Shown here: piece by piece, positions 12,358 to 27,526 of the stretch
Layout of the letters: each line of letters starts with the position of its first letter
Position numbering within the stretch: the stretch's first letter is position 1
Source of the DNA: Eledone cirrhosa
Lineage: Eukaryota
Assembly: GCA_964016885.1 (NCBI GenBank)
Contig: OZ024754.1
Location: 36,456,001 to 36,520,000 of the forward strand
DNA length: 64,000 nt
Reading direction: 5' to 3'
Translations under genes and position numbers: made by a program
Notes under the pieces: model-generated
The model's database searches: none
What the model was told of the DNA's origin: nothing
Seen by the model: only the letters and a program-made list of their open reading frames with translations

Positions 12358-12801
12358 GGAACGATCGACTTTCGTCAAATCGGACCGAGGCAACAATGTT
12401 TCCGTTGATCTTTCCAGTTGCTAATACTATCTATCGGTCGCAACTCCAGGTAGAAGGAGCAACGTGAAATAAAGTGTCTTGCTCAAGGACATAACGCATC
12501 GCCCGGTCCAGGAATCGAACTCACAACCTCAAGATTGTGAATCCAATTCTCCAACCACTCAGCCACACGCCTTCACTAAAAGAAAACGATCGACTTTCGT
12601 CAAATCGGACCGAGGAAACAATGTTCCCGTTGGTCTTTCCAATTGCTAATACTATCTATCGGTCGCAACTCCAGGTAGAAGGAGCAACGTGAAATAAAGT
12701 GTCTTGCTCAAGGACATAACGCATCGCCTGGTCCAGGAATCGAACTCACAACCTTACGATTGCGAATCCAATTCTCTAAACACTCAGCCACACGCCTTCA
12801 C
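12358..12801 (-). mobile_element. Tandem dimer of tRNA-derived SINE family 2 (12358-12576 and 12585-12801)
   Basis: Two near-identical units. Minus strand has GTGGCTGAGTGG (A box), GAGTTCGATTCC (B box) and GTCCTTGAGCAAGACACTTTATTTCAC. Confidence 0.9.
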
Positions 12802-12931
12802 TTTATATATATATAAACCCATGTACACATATGTACACATTTCCTCTATCATCTCTCTCATCACCACCTGATTCTGTTACCCGGAGATTTACCCATCTGC
12901 ATTGTTGAGGCTTTTCCAAAACGACCAATTT

Positions 12932-12963
<32 letters not shown>

Positions 12964-13021
12964 CGTATGTGTGTGTGTGTGCGCGCGTGTGTGTGCGTGT
13001 GTGTGTGTGTGTGCGCGTGCG

Positions 13022-13123
<102 letters not shown>

Positions 13124-13126
13124 TGC

Positions 13127-13184
<58 letters not shown>

Positions 13185-13636
13185 GCGTGCGTGTGTGTGT
13201 GTGTGTGTGCCCTGTGCTTCTATTTACATCTGTGTCTTGCGTTAAGCATTTCGACAAAGCAGTGATCGATAACAAATATATATATATATGAGGTCTAATG
13301 TCGATATGATTGACAAAATCAAGTCAGTGCACCAGTATGACCGCGGTCTAATGGCTGAAACCAGCAAAATGGTAGAAGGGTAAATAAATAAATAAATAAA
13401 TAAATAAAAATAACAATAACAAAATAAGTAGAGTTAGCGATCTAGTTATGTTCTTTATTGAACGGTAGAAGAGAGGTTTAGCGTTGATATGTGTAAGATA
13501 AGGCGAGGACTCCCAATTAGACCGTTTCAAGATGGCGGAGGCAGTGTGGTGTTTGACTGGGTGGCTGGGCGGGGAGGAAGAAGAGTAGATAATTGCTTTC
13601 CGGGAAGAAAGAAAGACAGAAAGAAAGAAGGACTGA

Positions 13637-13703
<67 letters not shown>

Positions 13704-14567
13704 GACTGAAAGAAAGAAAGAAAGAAAGACGTAATATCCACCAATACTTCATTAACAACAATGACAACTATAACAATATGAACAATAATACAACTACTAA
13801 TAATGATGATTATGATGGTGGTGGTGGTGATGGTGGTGGTGGTGATGATGGTGGTGGTGATGGTGGTGGTGGTGACGTTGATGTTGGTCGTGGTGGTGGT
13901 GGTGGTGGTGGTGGTGGTGGTGATGGTGGTGGTGGTGGTGGTGGTGATGATGATGGTGGTGATGAGGATGGGGTTTGGACTGAAGTGGTGGTGGTGGTGG
14001 TGGTGGTAGTGGTGGTGGTGGTGGTGTTGGTGATGATGATGATGGTGGTGTGGTGGTGGTGGTGTTAGTGGTGTTGGTGGTGGTGGTGACGACGATGCAG
14101 ACAATAAAGATGATGGTGATAATAGTTATAATGAAGGCAATAACATTAATATTGACCCAGGAGGGGGAAATGTGACTGCAGTAGCTTCTTACTAAAACAC
14201 ACACACATATACATAACCACACATACACATACTACACACACACACGTACATATACATAACCACACATACAGATACTACATACACACGCATCTATATACTA
14301 CACACACACACACACACACACACACACTCATACCACACACACACATATACATAGCTACACACACACGTACATATACATAACCACACATACAGATACTACA
14401 TACACACGCATCTATATACTACACACACACATACACTCATACTACACACACACATATACATAGCCACACACACACGTACATATACATAACCACACATACA
14501 TAACCATACGTGTGTATGTATGTGTGTGTACGTATACATACGTGTGTGCGTATGTGTGTGTACGTAT

Positions 14568-15370
14568 AGGTGATGGCACGTGTGTTAGTAAGAGTTCTAT
14601 GCTTCCCCATCGAAATATCGCGAGTTCGATTCCAAGGCGGTGCACCTCAGACTTGAACAAAACTCTTTATCTTTGTGTTTCCCCAGGTGTGTAAGGTGTT
14701 TAATTTGTATATCAATGTGTATGTATATTTAATGGCACGTGAGTTAGCAAGAGTTCTATGCTTGACGACAGAAAAGTCATGAGTTCGATTCCAGGCGGTG
14801 TGTGCGCCTTGGCCTTGAACAAAACTCTTTATCTTTGTGTTTCCCGAGCTGTGTAAAGTGTTAAATTTTCATATTAGTGTGGACGTGTAGGTGCTGACAC
14901 GTGGGTTTGTAAGAATTCTATCCTTCACGACCGAAAGATCGTGTGTTCGATTCCAAGGCGGTGCGCCTTGGCCTTGAACAAGACACTTTATTTCTGTGTT
15001 ATCCCACGTGTGTAAAGTTAATTTTTATATCAGTGTGTACCTATAGGTGATGGCACGTGTGTTAGTAAGAATTCTATGCTTCACGACCGAATGATTGTGA
15101 GTTCGATTCCAGGAGATGTGCCTTGGCCTTGAAGAAGACACTTTACTTTTATGTTGCCTCAGTCCACTCAGCTAGCAAAAATGAGTTGTACCAGTAATTC
15201 CAAGGACTCACCTTGTCACACACAATACAATGTCACACTGTATCTCCAAGATAACTACGTTAAAAGTACACTCATCTATGGAATGCTCAGACACTTGCAG
15301 ATTGATTTCACGAACAGGCCATATTGTTGTTCGAATAACTGGAACACTCGTCGTCGAAAGTGACGGAGAT
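14568..15370 (+). mobile_element. Four tandem SINE heads of about 160 bp, the last continuing into a full SINE body
   Basis: Units start at about 14568, 14730, 14889 and 15045, each with GTTCGATTCC and CTTGAACAA-like sequence. The last runs to CTCGTCGTCGAAAGTGACGGAG. Confidence 0.8.
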
Positions 15371-16533
15371 CGAACAACAATATCTAAACGTATGTGTGTG
15401 TGTATGTGTGTGCGTGTGTGTGTGTGTGTGCGTGCGTGTGTGCGTGTGTGTGTGTGTGTGATAGACGGATAGCAGTGTGTAGGTATGTGTCTGTACGTGT
15501 GTGTGTATCTGTGAGTGCGTATGTTTCTGTGTGTGAGGTGTGTTCGTATGGGTATATATGTGTGTGTACGTATGTGTATGAGTGTACGTGTTTGTGTGTA
15601 TGTGTCTGTGCCTATGTGTGTGTGATTCTGTGTGAGTGTATCTGAGTGTGTATGTGTGTGTCTGTGTCTGAGCGTGTATGTGTATGTGTGAGTATGTATG
15701 TGTGTGTCTGAGTGTGTATGTGTGTGTATGTGTGTCTGAGTGTGTGTTAGTCTCTGTGTGTCTGTGTGTCTGTGTGTGTGTATATGTGTATGTGTGTGTG
15801 TGTCTGAGTGTGTGTGTGTGTGTCTAAATGTGAATGTGTGTGTGTGTGTGTCTTTGTGTCTGAGTGTGTGTGTATGTGTGTATGTATGTGTATGTCTGAG
15901 TGTGTATGTGTGTCTGTGTGTCTGACTGTGTGTGTGTCTATGTGTATGTATGTGTATGTCTGAGTGTGTATGTGTGTCTGTGTGTCTGACTGTGTGTGTA
16001 TGTGTATGTGTCTGAGTGTGCATGTCTGTCTGTGAGTGTAGCTGTCTGTCTGTGTATGTGTGTGTTCGTGCAGGACCATGTATAAATAGGAGTAAATGTA
16101 TTTAGAGTGAACGAAAGTAATTAAATAATTGGTTTTATGGTTTCTTACTTAATTATCGTCACTGGTTTATTGAAAAACCTTACGCCAGGCAAACAACCAA
16201 AATGGCTGTACGTAATATTGACTGCGTCTTATCAAGGGGAGAGAATCTAAAGAGAATTCGTTTGTTGAACGTGTGTTGTTTAATAAAATACATGATTCAA
16301 CGCCAAACTTACGTGAGGGTAAAACTGGATATATTTACAATTTTCAGTGTTTACATATCCATATTTTGTATTAACTGTTAAACACACTCATTTTCTGTGA
16401 AGCTCCAGAAAAGAAAAAAAAGTCGTGTACATCACAATCATGCAAATATATGTAAATGGATGTCTGTCGGTTTACGCGTTGAGTGTTCCAGCGGTTCAAT
16501 CTCCAATTTGTGCCACCAAACCTATATATATTA

Positions 16534-16711
16534 CCGTATTTCCCGGCGTTGAAGACGCTACTTTTTTCCTAAAACAAGTGTCAAAAATCTACCATGCGTC
16601 CTGGAGGCTGAAGGTTGTTTATTTATTTATTTTTTTTTTTTTTTAATTTTTGGTTGTCAAAATTAGGGTGCGTCCTCGAGGACGAAGCGTCTTCGGCGCC
16701 GGGAAATACGG
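16534..16711. mobile_element. Tc2/pogo-type MITE, copy 2
   Basis: TA-CCGTATTTCCCGGCG...CGCCGGGAAATACGG-TA. The interior is the reverse complement of 10549-10716. Confidence 0.9.
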
Positions 16712-16749
16712 TATATATCGACAGTCGATCGACAAGATCCAGGACCTCA

Positions 16750-16937
16750 TCAAAACAATCTTTCCATTGGTCTTTCCAATTGCTAATAATATCTACCGGT
16801 CGCAACTCCAGGTAGAAGGAACAATGTGAAATAAAGTGTCTTGTTCAAGGACATAACACATCACCTAGTCCGGGAATGGAACTCACAACTTCACGATTGC
16901 AAATCCAATTCTCTAACCACTCAGCCATGCGCTTTCA
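16750..16937 (-). mobile_element. SINE family 2
   Basis: Matches the 12358-12576 unit (GGTCGCAACTCCAGGTAGAAGGA...AAATAAAGTGTCTTG). Confidence 0.85.
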
Positions 16938-16999
<62 letters not shown>

Positions 17000-18544
17000 A
17001 TGCCTGTGTGTGTGAGTGATATATGTACGCATTTTGTATGTAAAGGCACGTGACATTGTCTTTAGGGTCTTCTTTTCTCGATCATAAGCTCGGGAGTTCG
17101 ATTCCTGAATCAGTTGACGTGTTGTATTTTGAACCAAATACTTGTTTTCACCGTTTTCCTTCTGCTAAGAGTTGCCATCAGCAGATCGCATCGTCAATGG
17201 AAACATTGTCTACTCAGTCCGACATGACGACCGGCTCTCCATTTTGTATGTATGTATATGAATGTAATTGTGAAGACGGACACAATTACGCTTGCACTGA
17301 CACTCATATCCCACGCACCAAAAGCACGTGTCGTCATTAAATCGGTGATACCCTCCCAGCTATTTCTGAAACTCCTGCTGTGTCATCGTCGCGGTACAGC
17401 CCACTTCTTCCACCGTCTCGCGTTGAATTGATTTGGGTGAAAGGACAAAATAAATAAATAAATAAATAAATAAATAAAACACTACCATAGAAAAAATAAA
17501 ACAACAAAAAAATTCCACATCAGCCTTATACTTCACTTTACTTGTCTAAGACCAAAACCCTTCTAGCTGTGCACAAAAGTGTCTTTTTTCCAATTTTAAG
17601 TCATAGCATAATCGTCAACACATTTTTAATCAAAGAACTGCCTATGGTTTCAAAATCGTTCAGAATATGATCAAGAATTTGCAGAGATTTAGTAATGTAG
17701 CTAACGTGCTTATTATTCATATGTTGTTTGGAACATAAATCTTCTTACATAAAATAATGAGGGAAATTGTTTAGACGAATGCAAACACTTTAAAATATAT
17801 AGCTTTGCATCGTAGGACCAGGGGTGCTTTGGGGCGTTTTGGTATGAAAAGTTATAACACCAGTCACAGTCAATTCTTGCGAATCACCAACCACTACAGC
17901 AAACACCATTAGTCCATCACCACCATTACTAATTCCACGGATAGAAGTAAGTACCAGACCACTACCACTGCCGTCGCCACTAGCATGACGGCGATCTCCC
18001 ATCACCACTGCCACCATCACTAAGCATGAGGGCGATCTCCCACCACCACCACCACCACCACTATCACAATAACCCGTCACCCTCTCACAGACACCACCAC
18101 CACCCCCAACACTACTAAAATACAACTCAGGCCAGATGGACGCTAAAATCACGAGCGCTATTGTCAATAGGGAAGCAAACGAGACATCGAGTGTTGACAG
18201 ATGGAAAGGAGCATCTGTGATGGCGGCGACGTTAAATAATAGAGATGATGGGTGGGGTAGTGGAGTAGTGGAGCTATAGTGTTGATGAAGGTGGTGGTAT
18301 ATAACGGGAATCACGGTTGATGTGGCGGAGGTTTGCCTTCGTGGTTTGGCTCTGTTCGGCAGCTAAGGATTGCTATAAGTTAATGTTGGTGGTGATGAGG
18401 TTGCAGTGAGTGAAGTGTAATAGTGAGACAGACACACAGACAAATGTTGATATTTATTTTCCATGTTAAACAAAGTAAGAATCAAATAGGACGTTAGCAA
18501 CTCAATACTCAGAACGGTCCCTAATTAAGAAATTAGTAATGGCG

Positions 18545-18895
18545 TCTTATATAGGCACAAGGCCAGCAATTTTGAGGGAGGGGAAAAGTCGATTAAATCG
18601 ACCCCAGTACGTGATTGGTACTTTATTTTATCGACCTCGTAAGGATGAAAGGCAAAGTTAACCTCGGCGGGATTTGAACTCAGATCGTAAAGGGCCGTAG
18701 CTCTATGCTACAAAGCATGGCGTCCGACTCTCTACCGATACTGCCAATCCACCACCCTAAAGAAGAAATTAATAATTGTTTCTATTATTGGCACAAGGCC
18801 AGCAATTATCCCAGTACATTACTGGTACTTTATTTTATCGACCCCGTAAGAATGCAAGGCAAAGTTAACCTCAGCGGGTTTTGAACTCAGACCAT
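18545..18895 (-). mobile_element. SINE family 1: long variant plus an adjacent partial copy
   Basis: Family 1 motifs at 18545-18757 and 18770-18895. Confidence 0.9.
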
Positions 18896-18944
18896 AAATT
18901 CAAATCCCTCTATCAATAAAGAAATTATTGTTTATCTAAAAATG

Positions 18945-19240
18945 GAATGGAATCAGTTTTGCCTGTTATTCTTTCTGGAATAAAATTTAACTCTCATCCT
19001 TCCGGCATCAGCTTTGCCGTTCACCCTCCTGGGATAAATTTTGTTTTTGTATCTTTCTAAGATCAGTTTAATTTTGCTGTTCATCAAGGATCAAATTTTT
19101 TTTTTTCGTCTTTGAGGCATTAATTTTGCTTTTATCCTTCTGGGATCAACTTTGAATGCCATTCTTCTGGGATCAATTTTGCTTTTCGTCTTTCGCGGAT
19201 CAAAGTCGCTACCTAATCTTTCAAGGCCCAAATTTGACCA
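18945..19240 (+). repeat. Degenerate tandem array of about 30 bp resembling the SINE central segment
   Basis: Recurrent CTGGGATCAA(C/T)TTTG...TTCATC, similar to the SINE segment GGGGTCAACTTTGTCTTTCATCC at 24345. Confidence 0.55.
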
Positions 19241-19532
19241 TACGCTCAGAAAACAAGAGACATCAAAATAGGACCATTCTTCAGGCGCTAATATATATGA
19301 AAAAAGACAAAGACAACGGAAAAAACAACTGAAAAACTAACAATCCCTCCCCTTCAGCTAACCTTAATAATTTCGGTTAAATAAAGTTTGATACTCTTTG
19401 TTTCAGTGCACATTGGGTGGCAGCACATCAGGAAGATACAGAACAGGAAAAGTTATGCCTTTCGGCGAATTACAAATATAAACATGAAAATATAAAGTCA
19501 AAATGATACTACAAAGCAGTGCGCATCAACTG

Positions 19533-19588
<56 letters not shown>

Positions 19589-19590
<2 letters not shown>

Positions 19591-19779
19591 CAACAAAGAA
19601 AGTGTGGTAAGGTACCAGGAGGACCATAACGCACCAGAGTACTCGATACTTAGGGTAGTAGAGTAGGTAATAGGAAAATAGTCAGGACCCCGATGACAGA
19701 GCTCCGGCCGTTTCGACAGCTAGTTTGGATCTAGCAGTCGAAACGGCCGGAGCTCTGCCGTCGGGGTCCTGACTCTTTT

Positions 19780-19783
<4 letters not shown>
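19589..19783. mobile_element. Family A fold-back module
   Basis: Long arm plus palindrome with GCTCCGGCCG / CGGCCGGAGC in the two arms, in (TA)n. Confidence 0.85.
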
Positions 19784-19823
<40 letters not shown>

Positions 19824-19838
19824 TACATACATACAAAC

Positions 19839-19909
<71 letters not shown>

Positions 19910-19918
19910 CATACATAA

Positions 19919-20000
<82 letters not shown>

Positions 20001-20003
<3 letters not shown>

Positions 20004-20079
20004 CACCCCACTCTCTAGAGTGTGAAATTAATAAACCTTTGTTCGTACTGCCTCTCTGTTTTGTTCCCGTTCAATTTTT

Positions 20080-20083
<4 letters not shown>
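20001..20083 (+). mobile_element. Family G module (sequence downstream of a minimal HHR; other copies at 6841-6886 and 54802-54925)
   Basis: CCCCACTCTCTAGAGTGTGAAATTAATAAAC...GTACTGCCTCTCTGTTTTGTTCCCGTTCAATTTTT, in (TA)n. Confidence 0.7.
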
Positions 20084-20114
<31 letters not shown>

Positions 20115-20435
20115 GCAATATACCGTATGTTTAATTAAAAACATTTTGGAGACCTTGCGCAATCATTTTTAAAGTGGTGACTATGTCACTTACTTCTTTT
20201 TTCGACAAAGGAAAGGAGAGAAGCTGACAGATTCTGTTTCACACTGTTGGTGATCCTCAGAGCAACGTACTCCGCCGCCTCTGCCGAAAATTATAGAGCC
20301 TGGATTCTTATAGAATTCCAGTAATATATATACATTGACATTGAGGTTTATTAAGATCTGTTACGAGCTATTCACCAATGGGTGGTTCAGGATCCATATT
20401 AGTGTCATAGACCCGACTCCAACCCCAACCACACA

Positions 20436-20541
<106 letters not shown>

Positions 20542-20606
20542 TGTGTATGTGTGTGTGTGTGTGTGTGTTTGTATGTGAGTGTGTGTGTGTGTGTGAGTGT
20601 GTGTGT

Positions 20607-20643
<37 letters not shown>

Positions 20644-20676
20644 CGCGCGTGTGTGTGTGCGTGTGTGTGTGTGTGC

Positions 20677-20738
<62 letters not shown>

Positions 20739-20752
20739 ATGTGTGTGTGTGT

Positions 20753-20795
<43 letters not shown>

Positions 20796-20849
20796 TGTGA
20801 GTGTGTGTATGTGTGTGTGTGTGTGTGTATGTGAGTGTGTGTGCGTGTG

Positions 20850-20899
<50 letters not shown>

Positions 20900-20920
20900 C
20901 GCGCGCGTGTGTGTTCGCGC

Positions 20921-20974
<54 letters not shown>

Positions 20975-21990
20975 CCATGTGTTTCTGTATAAACATTATA
21001 TATAAACATTATATATAAACATTATATATGAACATGTGTGTGACCATGTGTTTCTGTATAAACATTATATATAAACATTATATATGAGAGTGTAGTTACC
21101 AGATAAGAATTAAATATAATTTTTACCCATTGTCAATAGTTATCACTGTATGTGTGTGTGTTTGTGCGTGTATATGTGTGTGTGTGTGTTTCTGTGTATC
21201 TGTGTGTGTGTGTATATATAAGTGTGTGTTGTGTGTATATGTGTGTGTGCGTGTGTGATTGTGTGTGTTTCTGTGTATCTCTGGGTGTGTTTGTGTGTCT
21301 GTGTGTGTGCGTTTGTGTGTGTGTATATATATGTGTGTGTTTGTATGTGTGTTGCGTGTGTATGTGTGTGTGTTTCCGTGTATGTGTGTGTGTGTGTGTG
21401 TTTCCGTGTATGTGTGTGTGTGTGGATTTGTGTGTTTCCGTGTATGTGTGTGTGTAGATTTGTGTGTCTGTGTGTGCGTGTTTGTGTGTGTGTATGTATA
21501 TGTGTGTGCGTGTAAGTGTGTATGTGTGTTGTGTGTGTATGTGTGTGTCTGTGTGTGTTGTGTGTGTTGTGTGTGCCTATGTGTTTGTGTGTAATCGTGC
21601 CTATCTATTTTAATGTGTGTGTTTATAGATATATTATATATATATCGACACACAATATAACTTTAAATAGTCGATGTAACATTTAAGATGGCGGCGATAG
21701 GAGTAATTTCAGCGCTGATTGGCTAAATATATAATTTTATGGTGTTCTCTATTAACTTTTGTTAGATTTTCATTTTGTCAAAATCTGTTAAAACTACTTT
21801 TTTTCACACATAACCTCCTCTCCCTCACACCTACCCAGCTCCCCTCCCTCACACATACCCAGCTCCTACCCTCACACATACCCAGCTCCTACCCTCACAC
21901 ATAGCCTGCGTTCCTTCATAAATATATTTTTGCCTTCCCTACCCCACAATTGATTTCCTTTGTTTTATTATATATATGTATATATATATA

Positions 21991-22060
21991 CGGGGTGTCC
22001 CAAAAAATGTGTACACATATTTATTAGAATGCTATTGATGTGTGTATACATTTTTGGGGC

Positions 22061-22066
<6 letters not shown>
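21991..22066. mobile_element. 76-bp Tc1/mariner-type MITE, copy 1
   Basis: TA-CGGGGTGTCCCAAAAAATGTGTACACA...TGTGTATACATTTTTGGGGCACCCT. An inverted copy lies at 26367-26442. Confidence 0.8.
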
Positions 22067-22113
<47 letters not shown>

Positions 22114-22142
22114 ACGGATGGATGGAGAGATAGATAGCTAGC

Positions 22143-22224
<82 letters not shown>

Positions 22225-22225
22225 C

Positions 22226-22259
<34 letters not shown>

Positions 22260-22453
22260 GGATAGATAGATAGATAAATTTCTTTATTAGCCACAAGGGC
22301 ACAAAAGAAGGGGACAAATACAAATGGGGAGTTTACATAAAGGTATATGAAAATAAAACTATTAATACAATAACAAATAACAATTGAAATCCCCAATAGG
22401 GGGGAGGTGTTACACAGGGGTTGTACACACCCCGATAGATAGGTAGATATAAT

Positions 22454-22592
22454 GTTTAATATAGAAATGGCTTCTACAGGACTGAAACAGTTCTATTCCA
22501 GTAGAAGCCATTTCTATATTAAACAGTATGCTTACACCCTAGTAATGTATTGAGTACCTTACTTACTGTGGTTACCCCCGATGAACCCGAGA
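22454..22592 (+). mobile_element. Family D fold-back module
   Basis: Palindrome GTTTAATATAGAAATGGCTTCTAC...GAAACAG...GTAGAAGCCATTTCTATATTAAAC, then ATGTATTGAGTACCTTACTTACTGTGGTTACCCCCGAT, shared with 56250-56290. Confidence 0.75.
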
Positions 22593-22605
22593 CTCACACA
22601 CACAC

Positions 22606-22675
<70 letters not shown>

Positions 22676-22676
<1 letters not shown>

Positions 22677-22867
22677 ACGAAGAAAGTGTGGTAAGGAACC
22701 AGGTGGGCACAACGCACCAGAGTACTCGATACTTTGGGTAGTAGAGTGGGTAATAGGAAAATTTTCAGGACCCCGGCGGCTGAGCTCAAGCCGTTTCGAC
22801 GGCTATTTATGTCCAGACATATCTATCGAAACGGCTTGAGCTCTGCCGTCGTGGTCCTGAACATTTT

Positions 22868-22870
<3 letters not shown>
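22676..22870. mobile_element. Family A fold-back module
   Basis: Same architecture as 574-766. Confidence 0.85.
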
Positions 22871-22942
<72 letters not shown>

Positions 22943-24421
22943 GCATACATTTGTATGTATGTACACATATATATATATGATTGGGATGGTTGCTAGATTG
23001 TGCTTCCTTCTTGTGACCCCAGTAATTCAAATACCAACACCTGGCCCTCCCCACCCCGCTGGGCATGTGATAAACCGCCACCCCGCTGGGCATGTGATAA
23101 ACCGGCAGTTGGGGTTTCGCTTGATTTTTAATCAAAATAAACTGAGACAGTGTGTATGCGCGCATGCGTGCATTCGTGCGCATGTGGAAGAGCGTGAGGG
23201 GGAGAGAGACGCAGAGAGTGGGGAAGGGGGAGAGGGGGAGAGGGGTGGAGGGGAGGGAGTGGGTAGAGACGGAGAAGGCAAGTCTTCATCGTATACTTGG
23301 AGCTGGGGGTTATTGATGTTGTCATATATTTCACCGTAGCTGTGTCTGGTTTTGTGGTGTGGTGTAGTATTGTGTGGTGGTAGTGGTAGTGGTGGTAGTG
23401 GTGGTGGTGGTGGTTTTGGTGTTGATGGTGGTGGTGTTGATGGTGGTGTGGTGTAATATGGTGTGGTGGTAGTGGTAGTGGTGGTAGTGGTAGTGGTGGT
23501 AGTGGTAGTGGTGGTGGTGGTGGTGGTGGTGTTGATGGTGGTGTGGTGTAATATGGTGCGGTGGTGGTGGTAGTGGTGGTGGTGGTGGTAGTGGCAGTGG
23601 TAGTGGTGGTGGTGGTGGTGGTGGTCGTGGTGGTGGTGATGGTGGTGGTAGTGGTAGTAGTGGTGGTGGTGTAGTGGTAGTGGTTGTCGTGCTGGTGGTG
23701 CTGGTGGTGGTTCCGGTGGCTCTGGTGGTGTTGGTCCCCCCCCCCCATTCCAAGCCACCACCACCACCACCACCACCATTCTCTCTCTCTCTATCCATCT
23801 CTCTCTCTCTCTCTCTGAAAACCTGCATGACCTGGTTATTACCAAAGTTCCGATTAGATGAGAGTTTATCTTTGATGTAACAGAAAAGAAGAGTTCACCT
23901 ATAAAAGACCACCATTTTGAAATTCAGGGTTATGACATTCAGAGTTAGGTATCCTCTCCTTAACGATCGAGATGAATCGAAGTCCTCTTTTGATTTAAGT
24001 TATATTTTTTTTTTTTTTTTCTTCATTCGTCTGAAAGATGTATTAATAACTCACAATAATTAATATTTTTACAGTAGATGAGTTGTTATTGTTGTTGCTG
24101 TTGTTTAATTAATTATTGAAGGCTTAATTATTTAGACCAATTGCAACAGCCATTGTAACCATTAAAAATGCACATACACACACATACGCACATACCCACA
24201 ACACACACATACAGCCACACGTACGCACACATATTGCTACATCCTGTCTTTTTATCAATATTGGTAGCGAATTGGCAGTCGTTAAAACGTCACAAAGAAT
24301 GCTTTGCTGAATTGGTTTCGGCTCTCTGAGTTCAAATTCCTCTGGGGTCAACTTTGTCTTTCATCCATTCCACTTACTAATTAACCACAATAAATGAATA
24401 TATATATATATATATATATAT

Positions 24422-24512
24422 AAATGAAAGGTATAGAAAGTATTGTAGCAAGAAGCCAACAGTATTCCATAATATATAAGTGACTATAGCGTCAAAATGG
24501 GAAAAAAGTTAA

Positions 24513-24515
<3 letters not shown>
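24422..24515 (+). mobile_element. Family H short module embedded in TA repeats (inverted copies at 1063-1122 and 50988-51080)
   Basis: ATGAAAGGTATAGAAAGTATTGTAGCAAG...GTGACTATAGCGTCAAAATG. Confidence 0.7.
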
Positions 24516-24564
<49 letters not shown>

Positions 24565-24572
24565 ATATATAT

Positions 24573-24870
<298 letters not shown>

Positions 24871-25117
24871 TTAGAATTGGTGCTCTGAAATATACATTCA
24901 ATACATTCATATATATATATATATAAACCTTGCAAAACAAATATATATATATATATTTATTTATTTATTTATTTACGTATAGCACGGAGCGTATGTGCAT
25001 AAACACACACGTACCGTGTTGTATTTTGACGGTATTGTGTTAGCTCAATGTACGAGAACAGAGCCTTTATATGTAAAAGAAACCAAAGAACGCTCAAATA
25101 CTCAAACAGTTTTTATT

Positions 25118-25165
25118 TGCTTACAATGTTTCATCCATACCGTTGGGTAGGAATCATCAGAGTTT
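25118..25165 (-). ncRNA. Degenerate minimal HHR motif
   Basis: Minus strand reads CU-CUGAUGA-UUCCUACC-CAAC-GGUAUGGAU-GAAAC-AUU-GUA-AG. Stem I has only 2 bp. Confidence 0.5.
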
Positions 25166-25399
25166 AATAAACACAGTGCTGAGTATAAGCTCTATCAAGC
25201 TTAGTCTCACGAACAATTGGAATACAATAGAGGGTAAAGATGAGGAGATCGGAGATGGCGAATAAGGAGAGAGTACATGCTGGGGTTGTTAAGCACCACA
25301 GCTAAATGCTAGGGCACAAGCAGATCTCACAAGATGCAGATACAATTGATGACACACAAAAGCAAATATTTGTTCGTTTTGGAAGGTTTTTGATATAAA

Positions 25400-25716
25400 A
25401 TCGTGTGTTGAAACAAATATTGTTATATTTGGGGAGGGTCATATTGTTATAATATTGCCAGAAATAATAATCGTACCACTGATGATGTCACAGATGTATG
25501 ACGAAAGAACTTTGATAGACTATATATATATATATTTATATTTATATCGATATTTTTTTAACCGTTGGTCAATCAATGACAAACATTGATTGCCAAATAA
25601 ATTAACTATGGAGATATAAAAGATACAGAAAGAAAACCAACCCAAACCAAACAGTGAGTGTGCTCTGTTATTATTTCTGGCAATATTATAACAATATGAC
25701 CCTCCCCAAATATAAC
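25400..25716. mobile_element. Family C module with a 49-bp inverted repeat and an HHR-like core
   Basis: 25422-25470 is the reverse complement of 25668-25716. CTGATGA-T-GTCA...TGAC-GAAA at 25479-25506. A related copy lies at 1-90. Confidence 0.65.
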
Positions 25717-25901
<185 letters not shown>

Positions 25902-25904
25902 GTG

Positions 25905-25937
<33 letters not shown>

Positions 25938-25940
25938 GTA

Positions 25941-25993
<53 letters not shown>

Positions 25994-26007
25994 ATATATA
26001 TATATAT

Positions 26008-26130
<123 letters not shown>

Positions 26131-26164
26131 TATATATGTGTGTATATATATATATATATGTGTG

Positions 26165-26220
<56 letters not shown>

Positions 26221-26226
26221 CATATA

Positions 26227-26442
<216 letters not shown>

Positions 26443-26448
26443 TATATA

Positions 26449-26511
<63 letters not shown>

Positions 26512-26512
26512 A

Positions 26513-27158
26513 TGACAGATGGTTACGTGAACAGATGACTACATCAACAGATGACTACATCAACAGATGACTACATGAACAGATGACTACACCAACAGAT
26601 GACTACATCAACAGATGACTTCATGAACAGATGACGACATCAACAGATGACTACATCAACAGATGTCTACATGAACAGATGACTACATCAACAGATGACT
26701 ATATCAACAGGTGTCTACATGAACAGATGACTACATGAACAGATGACTACATCAACAGATGTCTACATCAACAGATGACTTCATGAACAGATGACGACAT
26801 CAACAGATGACTACATCAACAGATGACTTCATGAACAGATGACTACATCAACAGATGACTATATCAACAGGTGTCTACATCAACAGATGTCTACATGAAC
26901 AGATGATTACATCAACAGATGACTACATCAACAGGTGTCTACATGAACAGATGACTACAACAGATGACTACATGAACAGATGACTACAACAGATGACTAC
27001 ATGAACAGATGACTACATGAACAGATGACTACGTGAACAGAGATGATTACATCAACAGGTGACTACATGAAGAGATGACTACATGAACAGATCACTACAT
27101 GAACAGATGTCTACATCAACAGATGTCTACATCAACAGATCACTACATGAACAGATGA
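26513..27158 (+). repeat. 17-bp minisatellite ACAGATGACTACAT(C/G)A, about 38 copies
   Basis: Direct reading. Confidence 0.95.
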
Positions 27159-27170
27159 TAGAGTGTATGT

Positions 27171-27260
<90 letters not shown>

Positions 27261-27526
27261 GACGGAGAGTGTGAATAAAAGAACGTTAAGAGCGAGAACG
27301 AGAGCCAAAGAGATATCGAGGACATATCGACCCTCAATACAAGACTGGTACTGCATCTGACGACCCCGAATAGATGAAAAGCGAAGTAGACGTTGATGAG
27401 ATTTGAACACAACTCTCAGATAACTGGAACACATAAGAGCAAGTATGCTACCCGACGTTCTGACGACTCTCTGTTGATTGGCCTCCTATCAGCAACAACT
27501 GGCTATAAAGAAACAGTTGCTTTGAA

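Noticed and set aside
17790-18314. 174-aa minus-strand ORF
   Set aside because: Decayed (CCA)n-rich sequence with no recognisable motif.
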